Below, one piece after another: positions 18,401 to 27,049 of a DNA stretch of 64,000 nucleotides (its first letter is position 1; each line of letters starts with the position of its first letter). The stretch is from the IMG/VR virus record IMGVR_UViG_3300045988_016718; one strand, given 5' to 3'. The DNA comes from a virus. The notes under the pieces were generated by a model, which worked only from the letters and a program-made list of their open reading frames with translations, did not search any database and was not told where the DNA came from. A program made the translations under genes and the position numbers.

Positions 18401-21400
18401 CTCAAAGCTTGTGAAGGGTCATCAAGTGGTATTGTAAACTCTCCTTGTTCATTAAGGGATAATGCTTCAAGTAGGTCTGTACCATACCTTGGATTGTTTC
18501 TTACTTCACTTTGAAGAATCTTCTCAACTTCTTTTGGACTACCAAATATCTTCTGTACTTCTTCAAACTTCTCTCTGATATTGGCAACATTAACTGCATT
18601 GAAGTAGTCAAACCATTGGGCTTTAGTCATTGATTTCTTACCATAAGTAAGTATTGCATCATCTGCAATATCAGCACCTATTAACCTTCTAATTTGAGTA
18701 CCTACTAACTGTTCTTTGTCAATACCATGTTCAGGAGTTGCAGTCTGAATACCATAGTCATTATAGTCAAACTCATGCACATAATTAGGATTAGCCATAC
18801 CTGATGCTACACCAGTACTTTGTTCAAGTACTTCCATAACTTCTTCATAGCTTTCAACACCATTTATGTCAATTACACCTTGTTTACCATCCTTGACTGT
18901 GCTCTCAAACTGTATGACATCTATCTCATACTTCTTCATGAAGTCTGACATAGCTTTCATTTTGGGAGAAGCAAGTATTTCACCAAAGATAGCCTGTGTC
19001 AAAAGAATCATCTCCGAGTTCTTATTTTGTGTAGGAACCCTTATCTGACCTTCATCAACCTGATTACTTTGGTTACTTTGAGTATATAAGTAAGGCTTTC
19101 TGGTATTCCACAGTACAGTGAAATCTCTTGCTGACCACTTATTATCCTTGAAGTTATTATATGCATCCTCTTCTTCTTGTGACCACATATCAGCCATGAT
19201 TTGAGTAGCTCTAAAGCTATCAAGACTTCTATATGCTTGAGCATCAGCAACATTCACCTTTTCATACTTACCTAAGATGACAGCTCTATCATAATCAGTA
19301 AGTTCTCCTTTGGCTACCTTTGCATCAACTACTTCCTTAATGTCATCAAAAGATAAGGATTTGTGCTCATCATCCTTCAAGTATATAGTCCTTTCCTTTC
19401 TAGGTTCACCATTAGCATCCCTAGCCAGTACAGGATTTCCATTCCAAGTAGCAAGAGTATTCAGTCTCTCTGATGGAGCATGAACCTGTTTGTTTCTCTT
19501 CTGAAAATCCTCAAGGTCTTTATAATAAGCTAAGTCAGTAGTAAGCATTTGTATCATCTGACTTTGGGCATAAGTACTATTCCAATACCATTCCTTTAAG
19601 TCTGATATTACACCATCTTCACTGTATCTATTGAAGTTTACAAACTTGGCATCTTTGGCATCACTTACTCTGTCAAATACACCAATCTTTCTCCAATTCT
19701 CAACTGCAAGATTAAACCTGTCATTCATGATATCTGTTACAGTATCCTTGATGAACTGATTTACTTCTTCCAATGTGGCATTGTTCTTGATATTGGCTAA
19801 TGCTTCTTCAAAGCTTAAACCATCAAACTTCATTGTATTGAGTTCAGGGAAGAACTTAAATTCAGCACCACCTTTTGACTTCTTGGTAATATCAAAGTTT
19901 CCTATCTCATCAACACCAGATTCAGCTCTTTTCTTGACTAAAGCTATCCTGTCTAGTTCCTGTTTAACAAGTGTAATCATCTTATCACTTATAACATTCT
20001 CATAGTCAGCAATATATCTCTTCTGTCTAATGAACTCTGCACTCTGGCTATCTGACAACATAGGTACTTGATACCAAGCAAAACCTGTATCTTCCTTACT
20101 AGGTTCAGCAAAATATTGGTTAAACAAAGCTAATGTAGCATCAAGTGCACTCCACCTGCTATATTCCTTTCTGTTGAACTCAAGAAGAACCATGTGGTCA
20201 AGTTTATCTCTTACCCTTTGGTCATTCCTTATATCCTCAATCCATTGATTTCTCCATACTCCATTCTTGTTGAACCATTCTACAGCACCATACTCTGCAT
20301 CAATAAACTCTTCAAAACCTTCTCTCCTTAGCTTCTTAAGTAAGGTAGTCAAGTATGAAGGATTCACATGAGCATATCTGGTTTTATCACCTTGTCTTAC
20401 ACTACTTTCAACAGTATCTTCATCAACAAAGTTGAATACTTCTGCAATACTATTGAACTGACTACCATAGATGTTTACCAAGTCTGCTGGTTGTCCATCA
20501 GTTACCTTATCATTGCCTTTATTAAGGTCATAATATATGGTTCTTAATGCCTCAAGTACTTGTCTGATTGCTACTGGATAGGAAGTATTATCTATTGCAT
20601 AATTCAGAGACTCTTGCAATGTTTGTTTTCCAATGGAAATACCCAACATATTAAGTGCTTTCATAAGGTCATCGTTGACCTTAGTGTCATTAGACAATCT
20701 AATCTCATCTTCTCTATCAACTCTTGAGAACTGGCTAAGGATATTGTTAACAAGTTCAAGACCAGTTTTAGCTTTAGATAGATGAATGTCACCATTCTTA
20801 TCATATAAGCTGTCACTATCCAATATGTTACCAAATTCATAGTTGTCTCTCCATTCATCAAAGTAATGAGCTGTACCTTCTGCCTTATTGATAGACATAG
20901 TTTCAGTCTTGAATGAACCATCACCTATTGCTTTTCTTTTCTGAATCCAATAGCTTAAATAATCCTTTCTATATGCTCTGTAGAAGGCAGTGAATACTTG
21001 ATTGTCAGACTCAACTTTCTGCAATATCTGTCTAGCCCAAGGTTTCCTTGATGCAAGTTTATTAAGCATAGGTATCATGTCTCTAGCATCTACCATATCC
21101 CTAAGACCTTGTATCAATTCTGAATGAACATAAGAAGGTTCAAGATACTGTTCATAGCCCAAATCATCATAGTCATAAGTACCTCTTCTGTTAAGTCTTG
21201 GTATCTGTCTTATGATGTTTCTAACTCTGTTACTAAGACTACTGTATGAAGCAACTTCTCTTACATTAGTCATCCAACCATCCTTATAGTTCTCTTCCTT
21301 GTTCTCTGCACTGTCATCAATAGAATTACCCTCTTCATCAACTGCATCAGTATTAGTATCCTCATCAAGATTATAGTCATTCCTTATATCCATAACTACT

Positions 21401-22518
21401 CCTTCTGTAAGACTAAAGTTAGCACTTGCTTCTTCTGCTAATGCCTGAAAGTTATCAAGTATCTTCATGAATGACTTATACTGTCTGTCTGCCTTCATTT
21501 GAGCAGCCTTAAGCTTCTGTTCATCATTAAGTCTTGCAGCCTTAGGGTCAGCATTAATATTAGCAAGTTCTAATTCAACTCTTTCCTCTTGAGTAGCTTC
21601 TGTATATGCACTGAATGTCTGTCTTACTTTCTTGAAGATATTTGAAGGTCCTAATCTTCTTATCACTTGAGGTCTGGTGAGCTTTGTCATATCATCAATA
21701 AGCTCCCTCTGCTGTTCATAACTAGTAGCTGCCTCAATTCTTTTATTGAGGTTACTCTTCATTATTTCCAAAGCTGATGTTACCTTATTGCTGAATAACC
21801 TAGTAATCAGGTTGACTCTGTTCTTCCTTTCAATAGGAGTGAAAGTCTGACTAACCTTAGCTAAATCTTCTCTGAATGAAGTAGTCTCTTTTTCAGAAGC
21901 AAACTTGCCAGAATTAACCCATTTGTCACTGAAATATACATTAGCTGGTATATCACCTGCTTCAAGGAACATATTAATCATTTCCTCACCAGTATATCCA
22001 TTAAGAGACTTTTCATTCAATCCATGTGTATATGCTACCTTGAACTGTTTATCAGGGTTCTCTCTGGCAACTTGGTACATTTTCCTGATGTTCTCAACAA
22101 TTTGTTCTGTAGAGATACTTCTAAGACCATTATTTTCCTTAACTCTAAGGTCTTTTGTTGGTAGAGCATAAGCATTTCCTTGTAAGCCCTCACCTTGACC
22201 ATAGACAGCACCAAATTTCTCTCTTGCTACCTTAGCTGCTCCTGCACCATGTCTGCCTTCTGGATTACTTCCAAATACAAATATAGTATTTTCTTCAGGC
22301 TCTATATAACCTGAATAACTATTAACACCAGTGGTTGACTTTCTTTGTTTAGCCCTGAAATCATTCAGTTCTTTAACTGTAGGAAAAGTATCTATATCCT
22401 TGTTGTTCTTCTCCTGCCATAGTGCAATTAAAGCCTTGACAGAAGCAACAGTTTCACCTTGAAGTTTTCTAGCTAGTTCTTCTACCTCTTTGGTAGTGGG
22501 AATGCATCTTATAGCCAT
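15424..22518 (-). CDS. giant virion-packaged RNA polymerase-like protein (crAss-like phage type)
   Basis: 2364-aa ORF containing AGSDFDVDKMYV, a DxDxD metal-binding motif at nt 17977-17991. This motif is the signature of the phi14:2 gp66-type virion RNAPs of crAss-like phages. The N-terminal ~150 aa carry a separate small-domain signature (FVFGSNPEGRHGAGAAKVA...GNAYALPTKD). Confidence 0.75.
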   Translation of the reverse strand: MAIRCIPTTKEVEELARKLQGETVASVKALIALWQEKNNKDIDTFPTVKELNDFRAKQRKSTTGVNSYSGYIEPEENTIFVFGSNPEGRHGAGAAKVAREKFGAVYGQGEGLQGNAYALPTKDLRVKENNGLRSISTEQIVENIRKMYQVARENPDKQFKVAYTHGLNEKSLNGYTGEEMINMFLEAGDIPANVYFSDKWVNSGKFASEKETTSFREDLAKVSQTFTPIERKNRVNLITRLFSNKVTSALEIMKSNLNKRIEAATSYEQQRELIDDMTKLTRPQVIRRLGPSNIFKKVRQTFSAYTEATQEERVELELANINADPKAARLNDEQKLKAAQMKADRQYKSFMKILDNFQALAEEASANFSLTEGVVMDIRNDYNLDEDTNTDAVDEEGNSIDDSAENKEENYKDGWMTNVREVASYSSLSNRVRNIIRQIPRLNRRGTYDYDDLGYEQYLEPSYVHSELIQGLRDMVDARDMIPMLNKLASRKPWARQILQKVESDNQVFTAFYRAYRKDYLSYWIQKRKAIGDGSFKTETMSINKAEGTAHYFDEWRDNYEFGNILDSDSLYDKNGDIHLSKAKTGLELVNNILSQFSRVDREDEIRLSNDTKVNDDLMKALNMLGISIGKQTLQESLNYAIDNTSYPVAIRQVLEALRTIYYDLNKGNDKVTDGQPADLVNIYGSQFNSIAEVFNFVDEDTVESSVRQGDKTRYAHVNPSYLTTLLKKLRREGFEEFIDAEYGAVEWFNKNGVWRNQWIEDIRNDQRVRDKLDHMVLLEFNRKEYSRWSALDATLALFNQYFAEPSKEDTGFAWYQVPMLSDSQSAEFIRQKRYIADYENVISDKMITLVKQELDRIALVKKRAESGVDEIGNFDITKKSKGGAEFKFFPELNTMKFDGLSFEEALANIKNNATLEEVNQFIKDTVTDIMNDRFNLAVENWRKIGVFDRVSDAKDAKFVNFNRYSEDGVISDLKEWYWNSTYAQSQMIQMLTTDLAYYKDLEDFQKRNKQVHAPSERLNTLATWNGNPVLARDANGEPRKERTIYLKDDEHKSLSFDDIKEVVDAKVAKGELTDYDRAVILGKYEKVNVADAQAYRSLDSFRATQIMADMWSQEEEDAYNNFKDNKWSARDFTVLWNTRKPYLYTQSNQSNQVDEGQIRVPTQNKNSEMILLTQAIFGEILASPKMKAMSDFMKKYEIDVIQFESTVKDGKQGVIDINGVESYEEVMEVLEQSTGVASGMANPNYVHEFDYNDYGIQTATPEHGIDKEQLVGTQIRRLIGADIADDAILTYGKKSMTKAQWFDYFNAVNVANIREKFEEVQKIFGSPKEVEKILQSEVRNNPRYGTDLLEALSLNEQGEFTIPLDDPSQALRIQSLLNSVIKSRITKQKIKGGALIQASAYGLARKPQMVFEGEGENKKLKYMECYLPCPSEKLYDLLLDPNTHELDINKKDESGKFIVPEKLREVIGYRVPTEDKYSMAPLRVIGFLPRQVGSVIILPEDITTIAGSDFDVDKMYVMFHDFYLEDFDRARARKDFEKANAGTADLINQMLGLEEDIEENDVYKEWFKENQDMYRHDTPKVVPYKYNYNKVGGDSKMDIYNNAKANNKPQRDSQMIDLMWSVLTNSDTAGKFLNPGGFDEQKRTARLATILQNNTLDQLKSKYGGVDKLLNYSLDELDNIVKESKQVLNPLTPDTWVNLHQRNMSGASLIGIAANHNASHALMQSTQLGIAPEYVLTINGHQYNSFHDIKNAEGKFITRNVSGFLAAFVDNAKDPIAGDMNFNMVTADIAFTLLRMGHSPMTTGLIISQPIVREITEMIENTRRGMTDVINEVLEKYKKLAGGENINTRDKINSHNFTDSELASNIAAANNPSGNSSNIEEAQFFGNQLMVGYMFSKLSKLSTALGDLTQATRADTQNGAAGPSIAANVVKIERVDDLLEKSQQEGYPLTGIDFIGFGMDENTIINSPTPILQAMFTYGIEGTEDMFKPYVPYYNDNYNKAIAMLKDVTKFGRLDEKTRNSIYNDILTYYMSQYSQFGADDTRTAQEKRDYFINQFPQEFAKFKEAHPELSKLSFINRLKVIGRTKYNPVPSIVFTNVGKITPMQKEQYIRDWTTLLYMNEETSQMAKDLFTYNYFKGFGFSPSGFGHLTSTQVKLNSRDYIRSLREVMTNPIDVNNFWRQYVRNHMDNRSLVPDVSKSSIEVGVDTEGFNIKLDKYSSFDDKQLAKPFDPSTDKEFTYHEYVYFNVKGRDMYFQLINVDAGTAEYSRIKPLGLKNQYVEYQYGMDASAMESVVSSAEPSTSFNDIYDDYTPVEDTRDIRDVPHPISDVARVLGYEVSEDMINELANLTPNDFDPASGESFCL

Positions 22519-22544
22519 ATTGTTTCTTTAATTAAAATTATGTG

Positions 22545-22552
22545 CAAATATA
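22545..22552 (-). promoter_or_regulatory. Bacteroides-type -7 promoter box (TATATTTG, extended TTTGCACATAAT)
   Basis: Minus-sense TATATTTGCACATAATTTT lies 27 nt upstream of the ATG at 22518, downstream of a hairpin terminator. Confidence 0.55.
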
Positions 22553-22632
22553 AGGGTTACTTTGTTAATATGCAAGTTATTAAGGATAAAAGTTCTATTT
22601 GGCATATCAATATACTTAAGGGTTAATAAGTA

Positions 22633-22659
22633 AAGGGCATGATACTATACCATGCCCTT
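22633..22659 (-). terminator. probable intrinsic terminator
   Basis: 9-bp stem AAGGGCATG / CATGCCCTT with a 9-nt loop, directly after the stop at 22670. The downstream T-tract is weak (TACTTATT). Confidence 0.45.
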
Positions 22660-22669
22660 GCTTTATAGA

Positions 22670-23302
22670 TTAATTAACAATCTCAATCAATTCAGGTGGA
22701 ATTCCAACTCCTTTACCTTCTGAAATGTCTTTTAGAGTCAGTTTAACCTTTTTAGGTTTAACCTTATGCACTCTTAGTTCATTGACAGTATGGCTGCTCA
22801 TACCACTAGTAGTTACTTCTAGAGCCATCAACTTTTCAAGAAGGCTATCAGTGACACAGATATATATCTTTTCACCATCACCTTTGTCAATAATGGATAT
22901 AACATTCTTATATCTCACTTCTATCCTTTTTCTTGCTCTGTCACCTCTGTTGGAGAAATCTGCTATTACCTTACTGCCTACTTTGATTTCGTCAGATTGC
23001 TCTTGTTGCTCTACTGGTTTCTCAATAGTTTTTCTTGCCACTTCTTTGGTTACTTCAATCTTTGGTTTAGGGATAGCAATCTCAAACTTGTGACCATTAT
23101 GAATACTACTCCAAAACATAGGTCCTTTTACAGACTTGCCCCAAGTAAAGCCACCTTCAAAGTATCCAGCATCAGCCTTCTTTTGAAATACTGCCACATT
23201 TCTGGGATTACCTTGTCTTTCTTGTTCATCAAGCATAAGCTCAACAACATGAGGTGGGTAACCCTCAATAGCTTCAATACAATCTTTTTCTGTTACCATC
23301 AC
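22670..23302 (-). CDS. hypothetical protein
   Basis: 210-aa ORF with 4-nt overlap coupling to the upstream gene. No motif recognised. Confidence 0.6.
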   Translation of the reverse strand: MMVTEKDCIEAIEGYPPHVVELMLDEQERQGNPRNVAVFQKKADAGYFEGGFTWGKSVKGPMFWSSIHNGHKFEIAIPKPKIEVTKEVARKTIEKPVEQQEQSDEIKVGSKVIADFSNRGDRARKRIEVRYKNVISIIDKGDGEKIYICVTDSLLEKLMALEVTTSGMSSHTVNELRVHKVKPKKVKLTLKDISEGKGVGIPPELIEIVN

Positions 23303-23913
23303 TCAACAATATATTTAGTTCCACCAATCTGTAACCACTTTAATGTGTTGATATTAACAGGTCTGATGTTATCTTCACCATCAATGTCCATATCAATACA
23401 GTTGTATCTTCCATCTCTTGATTCAAATTGAATCTTGAAACCTCTCAATATCCTATCTTCACCTTCTTCATAAGGAAGAATAGGCTCTTTAATTAACTCT
23501 GTAATCAGAGTTTTAGCCCTTTCTGCTACTCCTTTCTTGCTGGATTTAACCTTGTCAATATCAGTACAGAACTGATTCACCAAGTAGTCAATCTCTGCCT
23601 GTAAAGCCTTCTTAGTCTTAGGTTTATCCTGCTTCTTAAAGCATACCGTAAATACTTGAGGAGTGTGAATACCTTCAAAGATAGACCTAATACCTTTAGT
23701 ACCATCTCTTTTATCTTCTTTGGTAACTTTGACTTCCTCAACTACTTCATCAGCACTCTCAATATAGTTGCTGACATACTCCTTTCCAAGCCTTACCATA
23801 TCACCACTTTCAAGGTGTTTGGCTTGTACTACACTTCCAGTTATGGAGTTTACTACATAATGTGATGTTTCACTAAGCACATCACCTACTTTTAATTGTT
23901 TGATTTCTTTCAT
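23299..23913 (-). CDS. hypothetical protein
   Basis: 204-aa ORF in the operon. No motif recognised. Confidence 0.6.
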   Translation of the reverse strand: MKEIKQLKVGDVLSETSHYVVNSITGSVVQAKHLESGDMVRLGKEYVSNYIESADEVVEEVKVTKEDKRDGTKGIRSIFEGIHTPQVFTVCFKKQDKPKTKKALQAEIDYLVNQFCTDIDKVKSSKKGVAERAKTLITELIKEPILPYEEGEDRILRGFKIQFESRDGRYNCIDMDIDGEDNIRPVNINTLKWLQIGGTKYIVE

Positions 23914-23917
23914 AATG

Positions 23918-24310
23918 TTATTCTATTGGTTTGAATTTATAACCATACTGTATACCAGTCCTATCTGACTCCATTTCTGCCATATCAGGTAGAGCATACT
24001 GTTTACACCATTCTTCAGCCCTGAATACTTGCGCCCTTAAGTCAGGTAACCAGAATGAGCTACCATCAGGATTATTTTGAAGAGACCAGTAGTCAGCAAC
24101 TCCGACTAAAATAGTGAAGCATATATGCAAGTCATTTACACCTCTAGGATGTAGCATTATTCCATAGCAATCCCCCAGAATATAAGCTCTAGGGAAGTTA
24201 CTTTGTGTATGACTTACAATATTATTATGTACTACTTCACCTTGAGGATGTCTATTCAAATCAGTTCCAATAAAATCCTCAAGATGCTTCTGTAAGTTAA
24301 AGACTTCCAT
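23918..24310 (-). CDS. hypothetical protein
   Basis: 130-aa ORF sharing 1 nt with the upstream stop. Confidence 0.6.
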   Translation of the reverse strand: MEVFNLQKHLEDFIGTDLNRHPQGEVVHNNIVSHTQSNFPRAYILGDCYGIMLHPRGVNDLHICFTILVGVADYWSLQNNPDGSSFWLPDLRAQVFRAEEWCKQYALPDMAEMESDRTGIQYGYKFKPIE

Positions 24311-24552
24311 TAAATGAACTCTTTAAGTTTACTCATGTAAGTCTCTGTATTCTTCACAAGCTCACTGGTTTCAGCTATCCTAGTCTCAATAGTTTTGATA
24401 GTCTCTCTATCCTTTTCAATATCTTCCAACATTTCTTTTGATAAAGACTCTGCCTCATTATATGCAGAAACAAACATTGATTTTACCTTACCCAATCTGT
24501 CAGCAAATGACAGTTTAGGCTCTACTGCTTTTGTTTTCTTACTTCCAATCAT
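24310..24552 (-). CDS. hypothetical coiled-coil protein
   Basis: 80-aa charged helical ORF, preceded by a -7 box. Confidence 0.55.
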   Translation of the reverse strand: MIGSKKTKAVEPKLSFADRLGKVKSMFVSAYNEAESLSKEMLEDIEKDRETIKTIETRIAETSELVKNTETYMSKLKEFI

Positions 24553-24582
24553 GTTATTTTAAATTAAATAGTTTTACTATTA

Positions 24583-24590
24583 CAAATATA
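24583..24590 (-). promoter_or_regulatory. Bacteroides-type -7 promoter box (TATATTTG)
   Basis: Minus-sense CCTTATATTTGTAATAG lies 31 nt upstream of the ATG at 24552, in the 80-nt gap after thyX. Confidence 0.45.
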
Positions 24591-24632
24591 AGGAACATAA
24601 TAGTTCCTGCTATACCAAGTATTATACCTAAA

Positions 24633-25508
24633 CTAAACAGCAACATATCCTCTTTTAATGAACTCTTCATGCAGAGGATGTGCTAACTCATAAGCTTGAG
24701 GATGTGCACTACCTGCATCTCTTAACTTGAAGAAACCTTCCCATTGTTTGATAGTACCAGTTACAACAAGTTCAGTCTTAAGACTATTAGGTAATACATC
24801 TCTAGCCTGTTGAGCTTTCCAGTTTAATTCCAATAGGTCAAAGTACTCTCTCTCTGCATGACATAGTGCCCTTACAAAGGATGCTTCTTCAGCATTCTTG
24901 CACCTATCAATAATAAGACATTTATCATACTTCTCTTCAACATCTTCAAGAGAGTAAGAACCTTCTTCAAGACCTAACCAGCTAGGTATAATACAAGTAA
25001 GTTGATACCCAAACTTGCCCTTAGAGTAGTTACAATATCTTGTACTTTCTTGAGCAAATGAGAATACTCTATGTCTTACAAACTCATGACTTACACCTCT
25101 GTCACATACAAACTTGACAGTGATTCTCTTCTCATGATACTCTGTAGGTTCACATTGATATTCTAGGTCATTGAGCCAGCCATTCTCTACTAGTACTCTT
25201 AGATTAGTAGTTATATAACTACTGTCCACATCAGATGATATACTAGTGGAATATGGATTACGCATATACTTCTCAAACTTCAACCTTGAGACACCATAGT
25301 CAGGTATTTCAAGATATACAGTACCATGTTCTAACATAGCACCATGACCACTTGCTATCATTCTATCAACAAATGCTTTGGCTGTACCTTCTGCTATCTT
25401 GTCTTCTGACTTATAACATACTCTACCAGCTCGTTCTATTTGTTTATATACTCCTTCAAGACCTGATTCTTGTTCCCAGATTTCAAAACTTGGTTTAATT
25501 AATCTCAT
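24633..25508 (-). CDS. thyX: flavin-dependent thymidylate synthase ThyX
   Basis: FVRHRVFSFAQESTRYC matches the ThyX signature RHRxxSxxxxSxR. The length (291 aa) is typical. Confidence 0.9.
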   Translation of the reverse strand: MRLIKPSFEIWEQESGLEGVYKQIERAGRVCYKSEDKIAEGTAKAFVDRMIASGHGAMLEHGTVYLEIPDYGVSRLKFEKYMRNPYSTSISSDVDSSYITTNLRVLVENGWLNDLEYQCEPTEYHEKRITVKFVCDRGVSHEFVRHRVFSFAQESTRYCNYSKGKFGYQLTCIIPSWLGLEEGSYSLEDVEEKYDKCLIIDRCKNAEEASFVRALCHAEREYFDLLELNWKAQQARDVLPNSLKTELVVTGTIKQWEGFFKLRDAGSAHPQAYELAHPLHEEFIKRGYVAV

Positions 25509-25509
25509 A

Positions 25510-25947
25510 CTACTCTTGTATTATTTCAAATTCATCTATTGTCCATGTACCACCTAATGCTTCATGAGGTCTGAATATAGACTTCTTGGCAAAGGCTTTA
25601 ATCTCTTCCTCTGTTGAACCTTTAGGAACATGAATTGACATACTTTTGCTGTATGTAATACTAGCAAGTACTTCTACTTCCTCATAAGGTTCTTCATTGA
25701 AAGGTGCTCTAGGGTCATCTTTAGCCCCTGCTGGTAAATTATCCATCTTCTTCAATTTCTTTATGTCCAATTCCAAGCTGTTTTCTTTAATTAGTCTTCT
25801 AGCAATAACACTTTCAAGTTTAGCAGGTATACTTATATGCCTTCCTTTATCATTCAAGTAAATAGCATGGTCTCCACTATGTCTGTCATAATGGAAACCA
25901 TTTGCCTTTACTATCTTGACAAACTCTCTATGTGTATATTGTTTCAT
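25510..25947 (-). CDS. HicA-like RNase domain fused to a HicB-like C-terminal region
   Basis: The N-terminus HREFVKIVKANGFHYDRHSGDHAIYLNDKGRHISIPAK...IARRLIKE follows the HicA/YcfA pattern (K..GF...R..GsH......G....iP.H). The C-terminal ~85 aa contain GSTEEEIKAFAKKSI, resembling the HicB N-domain motif GxTxEEAxxxaxEAi. Confidence 0.55.
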   Translation of the reverse strand: MKQYTHREFVKIVKANGFHYDRHSGDHAIYLNDKGRHISIPAKLESVIARRLIKENSLELDIKKLKKMDNLPAGAKDDPRAPFNEEPYEEVEVLASITYSKSMSIHVPKGSTEEEIKAFAKKSIFRPHEALGGTWTIDEFEIIQE

Positions 25948-26258
25948 GCACCTCTTTGAATCTCTACAACTTGTTCAGCCAATAATCCAGCACATGGTGG
26001 TTCAATGATTTCTTCAACCCTTGTAACCTCATATAGATGCTGTCTTCCATTAAACACTCCTTGAGCTTTAAGTAATCCTTCTGCCTGCTTAGCATTGCCA
26101 GCTTTAACAACTGCACAACCTTTGCCTATGCCAATTACATTAAACTCAACTACCCATAACCTCATAGGTACATTGCTAACAGGACAGACTTCTCTGTCTC
26201 TATTAGGTGATGTATCTATTGGTCCACAATATATTCCTGTTTGTCCCATATTAACCAA
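25944..26258 (-). CDS. hypothetical protein
   Basis: 104-aa ORF with 4-nt overlap coupling on both sides. Confidence 0.55.
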   Translation of the reverse strand: MVNMGQTGIYCGPIDTSPNRDREVCPVSNVPMRLWVVEFNVIGIGKGCAVVKAGNAKQAEGLLKAQGVFNGRQHLYEVTRVEEIIEPPCAGLLAEQVVEIQRGA

Positions 26259-26700
26259 TTATATGTTTATATTTTTCATAAGTGGCTCTTATGACTTCTT
26301 CACCTATTGGATTCTCTCTTTTGGAGTCTCTCTCAATACAAACCTCAAGAGGAGTAAAGAAGTCCTTATACTCTATAATATAATGCTTACAAGAATCATC
26401 TTCAAACCTATCATGATGAGCTGCCATATCTCTATAGGCTACATACTCATGGCTACTTAAGTTCATATTATCTATAACTATATCGTAACCATCATCCATA
26501 GCTTTATGTACAAAAGAGTCTCTTAAGAATCTTACAAGACTTTCCCTTGATGTAACCCAATATTTACCAAGCATATTTCTGATGTCATCATTGTTGAATC
26601 TTACTCTATGCTCTGGGTCTTCAAGCACCCATTTTCTAGCCCAAGTAGACTTACCACTACCTTGTATTCCTCTACATAATATAATCTTAGGCATTGTCAC
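26251..26700 (-). CDS. polynucleotide 5'-kinase-like P-loop kinase (T4 Pnk kinase domain only, no phosphatase domain)
   Basis: It is colinear with the T4 Pnk N-terminal kinase domain. [20 protein letters not shown] aligns with [26 protein letters not shown] with NRDDYR, VIDNMNL with ISDTNL, and [15 protein letters not shown] with KRNSKRGTKAVPIDVL. The P-loop is at nt 26641-26670. Confidence 0.7.
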   Translation of the reverse strand: [149 protein letters not shown]

Positions 26701-27049
26701 ACTTCTTTTGATTGTCCATCCACATGACAGTCATCACACAGTAGTTAGCCATATCAAGTAATGTGTCTCTGATAGACTCATCCTTAACTAATGCTTCCTC
26801 ACCTTTGGACAACTTCTTGAATCTTAACCACTTATCACCTAGTCTGATTCTTGCAGCAGCAAGACCTTCCTCATTACATGACCTTTCAAATGAATTACCA
26901 TAATCATGATTCTTCTTCACAAAGGTTTCAATCATACCTTTGACTATCCCTGTAAAGTCATGTGCTGGACTAGCTAATGTTGCAGTGCTTGTTTCCTCTG
27001 CTACCTTTATCATTTCTTCCATTCTTCTTCCATTGTTTATATGTTTCAA
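26687..27049 (-). CDS. MazG-like / DUF1599-type all-alpha nucleotide pyrophosphohydrolase
   Basis: KKNHDYGNSFE ... RIRLGDKWLRFKKL matches the DUF1599 (nucleotide-modification-associated) pattern of the MazG-like fold. The exact start is uncertain because the ORF overlaps the upstream one by 80 nt. Confidence 0.55.
   Translation of the reverse strand: MKHINNGRRMEEMIKVAEETSTATLASPAHDFTGIVKGMIETFVKKNHDYGNSFERSCNEEGLAAARIRLGDKWLRFKKLSKGEEALVKDESIRDTLLDMANYCVMTVMWMDNQKKCDNA

Noticed and set aside
22725-23431. + strand ORFs 22725-23093 and 22997-23431, and similar ones at 23656-23865, 26095-26460, 27187-27444, 27845-28045, 28439-28672, 32913-33119, 33773-33955, 35541-35792, 36068-36399, 36501-36749, 38365-38559, 39765-40286, 42079-42300, 42952-43143, 44329-44677, 44938-45159, 45418-45813, 45963-46247, 48405-48599, 48973-49389, 51688-51918, 52444-52689, 54540-55142, 56313-56549, 57301-57510, 59314-59496 and 60674-60898.
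   Set aside because: Each lies antisense to a - strand gene that has motif support or tight operon coupling. None is preceded by a promoter box or separated by intergenic space.
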